64,000 bases of DNA from NCBI RefSeq assembly GCF_000150275.1, contig NW_002060951.1, positions 1,932,297-1,996,296 on the forward strand. The letters run 5' to 3'. Of this stretch, positions 51,201 through 64,000 are shown in pieces. Within the stretch, counting starts at the first letter, position 1. Every line of letters begins with the position of its first letter. The DNA comes from Trichoplax adhaerens (lineage: Eukaryota > Animalia > Placozoa). The position numbers were made by a program, and so were the translations under genes. The notes under the pieces were generated by a model. It ran no database searches and had not been told where the DNA came from. It saw nothing but the letters and a program-made list of their open reading frames with translations.

Positions 51201-53874
51201 TTATGAAAAATAAGATATAATTATAATCATTATTATATACACATTGAGGCAACATCTATTTAATCAGGCAGTCAGTATCATAAACTTCTAGATATAATAG
51301 ATACAGCTGCTTCTAGCAGTACATGTCCGTACTGTGCTTATATTCATTATAAGTTTGGTGAAAATCGCTTCCACTCTAAGTCCAACAGCCACTAATGTTC
51401 GTCTTACTTATTCCTAGTTCAGCACCAGAAATCCTTCAATGCAGTATAGCAAGGCATGCTACAGATGAAATGCTAGCCATAGATCTGTCTATTTTTCGAG
51501 AAAAAACGGCAATAGAAGATGACTCCGATAGCCCAATGAACGAAGACGAACGTCGTAAGTTGCTCAGATTTTCTATACCATATAGTTATATTACTTTAGA
51601 ATGTTTTTAATTAATTTTGCTATCCTACTATAGTAGTGCAGTATCATCTTTAACGTGAGATTAAAGCTATTACTTGATAGATCTACTAGGTAGAAATGTT
51701 GCCTGTCATCTACTTAATGTCGTCAACCAGTATTGCCATCGCTGGCATCAAGATATGCCTATTTTATACAAGTCATCATTTGAAATGGAAACCTATTCCA
51801 AGGCAATAAGAAATAGAAGAAAAAAAATGGAAGATAAACATACAATCGTCAATCAATTTAATACTTTATATGGTTTAAAGGTTAGACTTAATTATTATAC
51901 GAGCATTCCATGTTGCATGTATTGTAAAAAATGTAAAAAAGTTCAAGAATAAAGAGATGTAGTTATTACCTAATTTAAAGAAGTTATATTACTTCAATTT
52001 ATATCATGATATGATTAACATTTAATTATTGTTTCTGAATGAATTAAAGGATACACCCAGTTTATCATTTTATGGTGTCTATGATGGCCATGGAGGCACG
52101 GACGCATCCAGTTATGCCTTTGTCCATTTGCATACTATTATGGCTCATAGTTTATGCTCAAAGGATAACATTCAAGAAGCATTAATAGAGAGCTTTGAAA
52201 AGACCGATGAACAATTTGGTATTAAATCAAAGCAAGAGGTATGTGCTAATGAAATGTAATGATATCAACATGTCAAATGAGCAGTTGTAAACCTCTAATG
52301 AAATGCATTTACAATAGAACGTTTATCAACTACTTAACATATAACTAATGATATCATTTAATTATTGTCTTAGAACCTACATAGTGGTACCACTGCTGTT
52401 GCAACTATTGTAACAGCGGATAAATTATATATTTCTTGGCTTGGAGATTCACAAGTGATCCTTAGTAGAGGTGGAAAAGCTGTCGTTTTAATGAATCCTC
52501 ATAAACCTGAACGCGAGGTTGGCTGTAATTTCTTTGATTTTAAGGTGTTTCTAGGAAATTAAACGCTACTTGTCATTAAGTTATCTTCTTGATCAATATC
52601 GGAACTAGGATGAAAAGGCTCGTATTGAAGCTTTAGGAGGATGTGTAGTTTGGTTTGGCGCATGGCGAGTCAACGGGACGCTCTCCGTGTCTCGAGCAAT
52701 TGGCGATGCCGATTACAAGCCATATGTAAGCGGTACACCTGATACCAATGAAGTTAATCTTGATGGGAACGAAGATTTCATTTTACTTGCTTGCGACGGC
52801 CTATGGGACGTTCTAACTCCCGATGAAACCGTAGAAATCATAACTAATTATCTTAATGAAGCTGATGGAAAAAAAGAAAACGTACCTGAATTAATTGTCG
52901 AAAAAGCGGTTGATAAGGGTTCTAGCGATAATATTTCAGTTATTGTGTCGTTTTTTCCTCGAAAAACCTCTAAAGTTAAAGAAACTACTTTACCAATCGA
53001 AAATGCAGTTAATTTAACTACCTCAGATGATCATACAGATACTTACGAAAACATAGATAACAAAACTGATTCAATAGCTACAAAATCAGAAGTTAATATT
53101 CCATCGGAGAAAAATAATGAAGGAAAGCAGAGTACTTTATATTCTAAAGACAGCTCTGAACAATTATCCAACAATTTAGGCAAAATTGATAGTATTAATA
53201 CGAAAGGATCGAATAATAGTGGCGCATCATCGCCATCACTTAAACCAATAGTGATGGGATATCCTCTTCGTTCAAACTCACGCTCAACTAGCAGTCAAGA
53301 TGCACCCACAGAATTGTCGCCTGGAACGAAATCGTTATCACTTCGGCAACATATCTTAAGTAATAAGCCTCGACCAAAGAGCTACACGACATCTGTTTTA
53401 GATACTTTATCAATAAATGCACAAAATAAAACTATTATCAGAGCTGCATTAAATGCGACTAAAGGTAAATCTTTAGTGCGTAAAGTAAATGGCAGTGAAT
53501 CCAACAGCATCGGACTTCCTAAAGTTACGGATACTAAATCGGAGAAATCTTTGACATCGCATTCGGTTAAAGAGCACCCTCATAGGTCAGGTTCAGATCC
53601 GAATATAAATTTACCAATGTCAATAAAAGGTATGGGTGGAAATCAGGGAGCATCAGTATCACCAACCCCTCGCCACTCTCGTGTAATACTAAGACCAAGT
53701 GTAGATATCAACACTCTCAAAACTGGCGAAGAACAAGAATGCCCTAGACGATATTCCATGCCATCGAAATTAGAAGGTGCAATACATGTTAGTAAGATGG
53801 AAACTGGGTCAAAAAATTCTTCGGTATCGCAACAAAAAGTATTGCTTAAAAAGACCAGAAGCATGAAGAAGTAA
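48281..53874 (+). CDS. PPM1E: PP2C-family phosphatase PPM1E/PPM1F (CaMK phosphatase/POPX)-like with a long Ser/Thr-rich tail, 6 coding exons, ~717 aa
   Basis: Exons: 48281-48498, 51418-51554, 51681-51880, 52050-52238, 52374-52517, 52609-53874 (2154 nt). Motifs: [76 protein letters not shown]. The N-terminal region resembles the PPM1E/F-specific domain. An acceptor ending at 48233 implies a further 5' UTR exon. Confidence 0.9.
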
Positions 53875-56800
53875 TGGCATACACTAAACGTGTGTCTTCA
53901 GGCTTAAAATAATTTATTAATATTGTTAACCTTACTAACTCTTGCTTAATACTGGTGCTGTTCAAAGCCTTATTTGCCTATGGTAATGACTGCTAACGTT
54001 TATTATATACTTTATCTGATCGTGCTTCTAGGCAATTTGCAAAATAGCTATATATATATATATAGACTGGCCTATAATATGTATATATATATATAAAGTG
54101 AATCTATCAATAATGATAATAATATCCTTTGTATATATTACCGTAACATATCATATTCAGTGCATTATCATCACTTAAGAATTACCTTCACACCCGCTTT
54201 AAAATGTTATACATACAAGTATAAGGCTAATTTAGTCTGCAGTACAGTATATATATATATATCGTAAATGTTATGGAATACAATTTATTGCTTAAATCGT
54301 TTTTAATGCTCATATTTTGGATATTATAAAAGCATAACGTATATTACTAGATTATAAAATCATTTATGAAACATGTTTATGTCATCTAATACGTTTTGAA
54401 GGCAATGAGATAAGGCATTGCGCTATCTTTTACCGTATTAAACCTCGTTAGTACCGTAACACTATTATGCATACTAGAAGATAAGTTCTCACTTTTGTCT
54501 TTTCAATCTTAACTTATACGTATATAATATATATATATGTTACTATATATTATATTGACTTCTTACATTGTTTTATAAACTATTATTATTCCAGTTCTTG
54601 AGTATGTAAATAAATATACGAAAACTTACTGTAATAATTATGCGCAAAAGGTCAACATGTTCATAACCATGATATGATCGTTTGGCTATTTTCAATGAAC
54701 AATCATAAAATTATTGTTATTCTCAATTACTGTCTCAATAATACTACTCGTAATGACTTACTCAGAAGATATGTTTCTTTTATTAAAATGAAGGATAGAA
54801 TATCTATAATTTTTTTAATTTCTGATGACATGCACATTGTTAACTGTTCCTAATATTGAAGACTTGGTATATAATGCTAACCAAGTAATAATAGCAATAT
54901 TTTTTTACACAGTTTGCTTGTTTAACACCTTTCCTCACATCTATAGAATAAAATAATACACTGTTATAGGGATGTTACTGAAAGCACAATAGAATTATGC
55001 TGCTAATTCTTAATATATTACAATAACTTTGACTATATTGCAGATATATATCTGCTTATCTGGTTAATTTCTATTTGTCATTCCAGAACTAAGTCACTTC
55101 TACCTATTGCCATTTCAATTTGCTAAGAAATAATTATTCATTGTCATTCTACAATTTATGATGATTGTAAGAGTAAATGTCATTTTCGATAAAACTCAAG
55201 TCATTTATAATTGTTGTTGCTAAATAGGTTACGCTGATGCAACAGATTTCCTGTCGTACTATACTTTATGTTGGTAAATATTGGAATATGAGTAATAACA
55301 CAGCATAATTAAATTATGATTCTACATATAATGCTTAACGGTAGTAAAAAGGACGATAATTAATACTGGTAAGATAGTAACATATCAGCAATTGATGAAA
55401 AGTGCTGATTTATTGCATCAACAAATGGCTATATCGTATGCCGTAGAAATAACTCAGAATCTACAGATTTACGCTTAAAATATAAGTCTTTAAATGCTAT
55501 TGCGACTTTAAATGTCGGTAGTTTCTAAAAATTAACTTTCTCTGTCGTACTTAGTCTTCCACATTGATAATAATACAACTATTATTGCAAAATGCATGTT
55601 ATATGCCCTTTTTATAGCTTGATATACAGTATTAAAGTAACTAATGATTTTGCAACTAAAACATTATAAATAATTATTATATAATATGCTATAGGCTTCA
55701 GGTGTCCTTTCTTAATTATTTAGAATTAGAATTGTGCGACGAGATCTTCACGTTTCTCATGCGATTAATATATATTGCATCTCTTAATTACCGAACTATG
55801 AATTAATTTTTATTTCATCTTATACGAGTGTCACAACTCAGTAGTAGCAACAAGAAAAACAAAAATTAACTTAAGACACAAAGTCAAGTTTTGAACTAAA
55901 GTCGTTATCAATATTTATCTTTATTTTAACAGAAACTCTGGTTATATAGAAAACATCTAAGCGTAAACATGTTGTTATTGCTATCTCTAACTCTAAATTT
56001 AGTGTTCATCACCCTAGTAAATATGTAAACAGATTTTCCTATGTTATCCTACTTTTTCTAAGACTTGTCCAGAACAACGTTCGGCGACTAAACATTAAAC
56101 ATATAATCATAACCATAATATCAAAATACTCTAATAATAGTTTTACTAAATTTAGTATCAGTAAAGTATTGGTATACTAGCAAATACATAAGGATCTTCT
56201 ATAAACATAAATGCCCTATTTTAAGACTTATTTTATTCAAATACATTTTAATGTCCAAAATTATTAAATTTATATTTTATAATACTACCATTATTGTAAC
56301 CAACGGGCAAGACTTATTTTAAGCTTGTACCAACGCTCTAACTACTGTACTTACACATATGTCTCTGGATCCGATACTGCGATCATAAGATACAAGTATT
56401 AAACGCAACACTACTTTACCAGCATTTAGATTCTAACGTCGCGCTAGATAACCTATAGTCTATCCGGTATTTTTAGGTGTTACAGTTTGTTTATTTATTT
56501 TATTAATATATAACTTTAACGTCAGTCAACTTGCTTATAATAAGGCGAGATAGCAGTAATATCTTTTAATAAATATCTAAAATAAATGTTTAGTTATAAT
56601 TTATCATAACTGTAATCTAATAACCTTTCCCAGTATTAAACTGGAGAATGCCATATACTTTAATTCATGATTATCGTACGATTAAACCGGTTATGTATTT
56701 ACATTAAAATTTCTAATAGGCTATTTAATATACAAAATCAGCCTCTAGCTCCAAATTTAGAGAAAAATCTTACTTATGCATCATATACCATAATACAAAG

Positions 56801-57035
56801 TAAATTAAGTACAATTTGCATTGATACCATAATAGCCAGAAAGGATTACCTCTGAGATTGTCAAAATAGGTTTCGAAGTTTGCACTTAGTTTAGCATAAA
56901 TAAAGTAAAATTAATAATAATAATAGTTGTCAATCTTTTTGTACATAATCGTAAGCTTCTATAACAGTTTTACTTAAGTTCTATTTTGTTGTATTTATTA
57001 GAGTATTTATTTATTTCATTTAAACATAGACCATA

Positions 57036-59933
57036 TCACCATAGTGAATTTGAACTCCATTTGTGGTACGCTCGATCTGTAATTTCTTAAAAACTTTTTC
57101 TGCAAATTTGAAATATTTTAAAATTACCTTCATATGTAAATGATTTATAGCAAGCAAATAGCTTAGTTACAAAATAGGTCGATGGAATGATGTCGGATAT
57201 GTTTGGGTTACAAATTTTACAAGTATCAAATCCATTATCTTATTGAATTAAATTAACCTAATGCAGATTGAAAGAAAATCCAAAATAGTCGTTGAATACT
57301 TCTTATACCATTAGTTGATGATAATTATGTATACTTACCCAAAATATTGCTTTTACACAATGGACAAGTATAGTTTTCTTCGAACCATAGATCTACGCAT
57401 TTTTTATGGAATTCATGTTGACAAGGTGTAATTCGAATATCCTATTAGTATAAAATACAGTTTCTGTGATAAATACTCTACACTGATGTCTATGATCTAG
57501 CTCTCTATAACTTGTGAGACAAAGAAATTATTCTATTTTCATGCTATAAATGGAGTATCTCCTTAGCTTAATGATTACTAATTTAACAACGCTTGTAAAG
57601 CCTCAATCTATCGTGAAGCTAACAATATTTAAATTAATTAAGCATAAGTTAGAATGGCATCTGGAAGATATTCATTTAGTGTGATATAATTACTTCAATA
57701 ATATTCTTATGAGCGTTTATACCTTTATATAACTAATATTTACTTTAATAACAACCCAAGTTAGATATACGTATATGTATCATATCAACATAGCTATGAT
57801 GTACGCGTATGTACTTCACGGCCTTGAATAAATCAACTTACCTCGCCTGAGAGAAATGTTTCCAAGCAAATGGGACACGTGGGTTCATCAACTGCTACTC
57901 TTGTAGTGGTATGAGAATAATCGCTATTATCGCTTCGAATTAATGTTTGAAGAGAATGTAGCGAAGACTTAACTAGCAACGCAGATTCATATTTGTAGAC
58001 TTTCATGGTATTTAACGCTTTATTTGTTAATTTTCGAATTTTTCCCTACCGCGCATTAGCACAAAAATAAAGTGTAGTAGTTGATTAAATCGATATGCTT
58101 GAGCCTTACTTCCAGTAAAACTATTATACCGCTATCACTGATAAATTTTTAGCGTATAACAAAGCAGGAAGCTACATACAAGAAAATAACATGAACTAAT
58201 TGCCTAGAATTGGGGCTCATAGAACTATTGCATAAAAAATATAGTGTAATTCCGATTAAATTAATGTCCTCATTTTTAATAATAGATATTCGGAGATAAA
58301 TTCGTTGCGATTTATCTATAATTACTTGATTAGCTAGATCTAAAGCATGACCGATTTATTCTGTATTAACTTACATAACGCTTAGCTTGTAACTTCATTC
58401 TTATAAATAATCCCATCATAAAAATGAAGAAGATAATTAAGAACGAAGATAAAACACAAACTTCGATGAATCCGTTTAGGTTGAAATACTGAATTAGGGG
58501 AAAATATAATACGCAATGATGAGTTAGTTAATACCAGGTTAATACTATCAATTTTTTCTAAGTTCTATTACATAAAATTATCTTTACTTCAGAATATTAC
58601 TTTGGAGGCTACTTAATTTAAATTAGTAGAATAAAGTTTATTCAAAACAGCTACGTTCAATGGAGTACTGTAGACAAGAGCAATAAAGTACTATCTAAAC
58701 ACTGTATACAGATTAGATCATCGATCATATGATTACATACCACTTCAGTTTTAGGATTTTCGACGCGATCAATGCTAACTTGAATTGATTTTGTCCTAGC
58801 AAAAGTTATAAGTGAGACGCAGGCAAATATTAATGTGGAAGTGAAATTTTATTTGTACTACTATAGCAACGACGGATATACCGGCACATACATTGTAAAT
58901 GATGCTGATACATATTAATAGCAAGAGGGGAAAGGATAACGAAGAGCTTAAATTTACCGGACATACTTTTCTTGCAGCTTGCTGTAGATTAGCGATAAAT
59001 CATTTCCTTGGTATCCTTTGACAATTAAGATCGGCTTTTTAAACTGATTAGCTGTATTTTGAATCTAAAACATAATACCAAGGACTTTAGTCCATATAAT
59101 ACCCTGCTCAATGGCTTCATCATGAACCATGAGACTATCATCAGCAAACAGAATTAATTATAGCGGTGACTTTTATATTATTTAGGAGAAATTCTACCTC
59201 GTTTGTTAAATATTCGTTATCTCCAACATTGATTATAATACCAGCCACACCGTTAGTGATTAGCATCTCGCACTAGTACATATGAAATCAATAATTACTC
59301 CTTAAATCTGATCCTTTCAATGCATAATTTAATATCATCTGCCTCATCAATAGTTATTTTTGCTATATATGAGATATAATCATATAGTAAACAATTCTTA
59401 ACATCTTAAGGACTAATGTTACGATAAGAAATATTGTACCAAACGCTAATTGTGTCACAAGAGGTATGGCAGCAAGGAATGTCATATTAAAGTCTTGAAC
59501 TAGATCATTTTTAACTTACCATGTAAACAAGCATTTGTGTAGTCAATTTTTGGGATGGTAGCTCGATATAAGCAATATTCTGTACGTCTTTTGATAATTG
59601 AATATTCTTGTAACCGTGTCTAGACCAAGTAACCTTAATTAATTTTTGAATAAAAATTAGAATTTTAACCACACTCCCTTATTACAATAGATTATAATCC
59701 GATGATAGAAAAATCAACATATTGTAAAATATTATAGTATCATCTGATTTAAAATAAGTTGCTGCTAGTATTCATTGCCATACAATCCCTTTTTAGAACT
59801 TTAATTCGCTAATGGTTTAATTATAATTGTTTGCTAGACATTCTTGCCTGCTTGTACAGCATAGGTATTTTTTCGGTCGTCATAACGATTAAAAATTTTC
59901 AACCATACTCGAGCGATACTCATATCATCGCAT
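57036..59933 (-). CDS. PA-domain/TM/RING-H2 E3 ubiquitin ligase, ZNRF3/RNF43-like; 5' (signal peptide) exon(s) not resolved
   Basis: Exons: 59633 (or 59619)-59520, 59272-59198, 59064-58967, 58795-58741, 58488-58375 (TM), 58045-57842, 57441-57339, 57076-57036 (stop). A candidate further exon starts at 59933. RING-H2: [12 protein letters not shown]|[34 protein letters not shown]. Ectodomain: [12 protein letters not shown]...[10 protein letters not shown]. Juxtamembrane: [28 protein letters not shown]. Confidence 0.82.
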
Positions 59934-62900
59934 CTTAAGGTAGTATTAAGAGAATACAAAGCAAAACTAAACCTATTGGTGGAATGAGATTCTATGGTAA
60001 TGGTAAAAAAGATCAAATTTTTATCATTTTTAATATATCCTTTAAAAACATTTATTGTATTATTAGCAGCTTAGATAGAGCGACTTAGTCGTAAGGCCGT
60101 AATGATGCTATCGAAGGCAAGATTTAATGCTGGCGAAATGAATTTAAATGGTACGGTTACCGTTCTGTATACAATGTACACCACTGAACTTTACTTTGTG
60201 CATATACGAGTATAGACATAATTTAGGCTTATATTCCAGTAACACGCAGTAGCTTTCTCATCATTATAACGTAATTAAAGTAGCAAGATGGTTAGAAAAC
60301 AATCCAGAAATGATAGTTAGCAGAGCACTTTCAATCTTCTTATCTCTACGTAATCATGATTGCATAATTACTGAAAGAAAATGAATTTAAGATAGATACA
60401 TAGTGCATGATGCCAATTTATCATTATTTTAACGCTTACAAGACTGCATTTATGTTGAAAATAAACCCCATTAGGGATACTGGAGTATGCAATCAGTTTT
60501 CCTGTTATACAGCGTTAATGCCATCGAGGCTCAAGATGATTAGAAATAGGCTACTTAAATTCATCGATATCGCTAATTTTCCTATTAATGCTATCAAGGG
60601 TATGCAATTATCGGAACCGTGTTTAGCTCAATGTATCGATAATGTATAGTTAATTTTATTTAAATATGGACTACATGACCATTGAATTCATAGAGTAGAT
60701 TAAACTGCAGTCTAGAGGGCTCTATCTTTATATGAGTTCATTAATCCAGACAGTGAATATGATCAATGGAGTTTTAAATTGAGTTTTAATTGTCTGGAAA
60801 ATTCTATTTACTGTAATAACATTTTCTGTCGTCAGGAAGAATTATTCTAGTAAACAAATCGTAAGCTAATAAATTAGAAAGTGCTGTGAGGAAATTGTCC
60901 TTCATTCAAGCGTGTAAAAATATACGATTTATCCATCTATACAAAGACAGAGTCAAAATTATTCTATACATAACCTAAGCCCTTATCCAATATTTATTTC
61001 AATTTAATAATGAAAGTAAACCGTATTTGTATTAGACGTTCCCGTAAATCTTATGTCTTAATTCAATCCATAGATTGTAGTAGCAATATTGAAGGATCCT
61101 ATATGGTAACAGAACGTGAATTGCTTGTTACAGTGCAAAAGCTACCCTATCCTATATCGTTCAATTTGTAGTCAGGGAAATGCCAGCGAATAGCCAGATA
61201 TTACCATAGCATATAGCTATTGAGCTTCTAGGTAATAAAAGTAAATGAAATCAACGGTGTTTATTTAATATCAAGATCTTAAATTAAGGTTCATGGTGAA
61301 GATGGCGGCTTGCATCCAGCATCATCAATTACTAAGAAGATAAAATTAGATACAGTAATACAGCTTAGTGGTAATTTAGCTTCATTCATTCAGTTTGTGT
61401 CCACGGTAGATTAAATCTCTTGGTTTACTGACAAGACTAAACTCGTATTAAGATCTATACACGTTGAACAGCATGTATTTTATTAGGGTTTTATTTAAAA
61501 TTTGTTACAAAATATAGATATAACTACAATCTGAAAGCACTAAGAGGAGAAATGCATACCAGTAATTTAATTAATTCAATTTATGATATCCTATTGGTGT
61601 AGTTATTGCCTTAATGAGTTGGCGTAAGAGAGTAAGAAAGTTAGAAGGAATACTGCCAAAGGTAATACTCGAAAGTTTCTCACTTCTTGGAATAATTATA
61701 AAAATATTAGTTTAATTCGGCTATGTTCGACCCATTATTAAGAAAAAATTTGATAAAACCTTTTAGCTAAGAAAGATTTAACTTTAGGCGAATCGATAAT
61801 AGCGAACTTCCGGATTGTAGCAAATATCACTATAATATGAAACTTCCTAAACCAACAAACCCGGGAAGGAAAATAGGCTACATTGATCATTGAGATTAAG
61901 CTTCGCATTATGCTATGCCTATAGGCTTATAATTTAGCTTGAAAATATCACTAGAGTAAATGACAATAATTTAAGCCAAGACCATCGTAAACTTTCATAT
62001 CCTAATGAGCTATATCCAGCAAAATTCAGTGACTATAACGTGCTATGTTCGAAGTTTAAAATAACTACCGTGAATTTGAAAAGGTAAATGTGTGATCCTA
62101 TCAAAGAGAAATTGAGTAACTATTCCATATTATGCATGTAGTAAAACAACCTTAAATCAATCTAAAATTATGACCGAGTCATCGATTTATTGACCGGGAA
62201 AGTATAAATTTTTAGCGATGATTCTACCACCAATTGGCTCTATATTATTAAATTTTCAAATATTTTTGTGTAATAAATAAGAGTAAACCTTCTATCATAG
62301 CTTGAGCATCAGTTACCGGCCAGTGCTTATTGTTATTTTAGCATATAGTAATGACTTTCGCTAGCAGTAGTTTTATTAATCAGATAGCGGCAAGGATAGC
62401 TATAAATAAGAAATTATCAAGTATTACATGTGAGTTTTTTCGTAGCTCGATAAATTTTTTTGTTCTCGCTGTTTTTGTATATTGGAGACTCAATTTCGAT
62501 TTTTATTATTCAGTATTTGCAGTATTCGATAAGATTAACAATTTTGCTATTGTTCTAAAGAATTTCTCATTACCTTCATTGATATCTTTTACAAATGTTA
62601 TGAAAGAATTTGGGTGACATCAATAATAGTAATAGCCATTGTAAGATCACGAATTCAATTTTAGCCTAATTCTATCACTTTCAAATTGTAAGCATTTACC
62701 TACAAATTTGTAATATATAATCCGTTGAAATAGAAGTAAAATTATCATCGATTAGTAGAATTTACAAGTATTGTTCGTACCTTTAAAATTTAATATACTC
62801 ATGGCCAATTTTATACGACTGTAAAATATTTTTCATGCCATAAAGAAATTAGTGAATTTGCGATGGATGTACTATATAAGGACAACGTGTACGTTTCATT

Positions 62901-64000
62901 TAATTTCTAAATATCAGAGTGCATTCATTGTCAATAATTTTTATGCTAGATATTCTGGAACAATAAAGCAGCAGATACGAATACAGCAATTCTGCCTACA
63001 CGTTGAGTACTTTAGAATATTTTACTACTACGTGAGCGAAAGCGTTTGCAACATGAATGCAGCAGTCCAATTTTGCATACACGCTAAAATAAAAATGCTT
63101 GTTCTAGGGAAATGGTACGGTGTATTATGTGGCTATTCAGAATAAACTAGGTTATGGAGTGGCATCGTAATAGTCATTATTTAACTTCCGGAAAACGAGT
63201 TGATAAAATCTTATTTCATATATCATTATGATTTAGACAAATCAGGTTTTGGTCTATCGTGAAAAGATGAAGTTTCCACTTTACAGCGAGCACTCAAAAT
63301 CATTTACTGGTGAATTTAGATCATCTTCGTTAAGTAAGCCGATTACTCCTCTATCACATTTTGACAGATAAGACTAAGCCTTTGCTCTAAATTTAGGTAT
63401 ACGATTTTGCGGAAGACTTTAATCTTTAGCTATGGATTTTAGTCTATCATGAGTGATAGAGGAGAAGGGCTTAATGTATCATCCGTTAAGTCACAAATTT
63501 AACCCAACTAGATCACTAGGCAGAATCAGCAGTAATCAGCAGTTTACTGTTAGAGCATTTTTAGGCGTTGTAATTGCTTCTTGCAAAGTAGAAAGCCAAT
63601 AATTTGAGAATTTTAATATATTTTACTTGCTATGTGCTATAGAGCTCTATAACCTCCTCCATATAAGTTTATGTGATAAGAAACACTGTTATGTAGAATT
63701 TTCCACTATTGACAGTTATCATATGTTAGTTCAATACTAATAAAATAATTAGTTTGTTTGTTCGTTTACTACTGCATTATGTGTATCTTTAGGGTGTAGA
63801 AAGCGCTTTAGATATGCGCTAAAGTTTAAGCACTATCACACTATATAGTATAAGTGTTTTGAATACAATCGTATATAACTTTTCCCATTGCTTGTCGACA
63901 TCTATTCCTTTCGAGACGATTCACAACCATTACTTTCTCGTATGTACGAGTACAGCATATACATAAGTAGCGGCGCCTAGCCACATTATTTTAAGACAAA

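Noticed and set aside
13162-53864. Short antisense ORFs (13162-13359, 14940-15149, 22128-22349, 36337-36528, 36995-37213, 43835-44041, 44853-45080, 53643-53864)
   Set aside because: They are shadows of coding exons or introns on the opposite strand, with no independent coding signal.
59840-59850. GC donor (CAG|GCAAGA) for the upstream exon of the RING gene
   Set aside because: It gives phase 1, which does not fit either candidate downstream acceptor, so the 5' structure is left unresolved.
61299-61309. YY1-like motif AAGATGGCGGC (a similar site is on the minus strand at 2750-2760)
   Set aside because: These are single short motifs with no demonstrable TSS nearby and cannot be separated from chance.

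Overview
AT-rich, intron-dense eukaryotic DNA from an animal. The short introns, low GC and intronless LGR-type GPCR suggest a placozoan such as Trichoplax; this is an inference. I reconstructed seven genes by hand from splice sites and reading phase: (1) an ectodomain-less LGR/RXFP-like GPCR (+, 7010-8182); (2) a 29-exon, ~1396-aa DUF4062-NACHT-like P-loop-TPR protein of NPHP3/TTC41 type (+, 12976-24795); (3) PPP4C (-, 13 coding exons, 307 aa); (4-5) two tandem intact flotillin-2 paralogs (+, 426 aa each); (6) a PPM1E/PPM1F-family PP2C phosphatase (+, ~717 aa); (7) a ZNRF3/RNF43-like PA-TM-RING E3 ligase lacking the long tail (-, 5' end unresolved). The most striking non-coding signal is three islands of the self-complementary pentamer GTAC[A/T]. 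They contain inverted-repeat (MITE-like) elements sharing a CAGGGACTACT-type end. They sit specifically at the 5' ends of the housekeeping genes: the PPP4C/FLOT2a divergent promoter, FLOT2b and PPM1E. No rRNA, tRNA or CRISPR array is supported.
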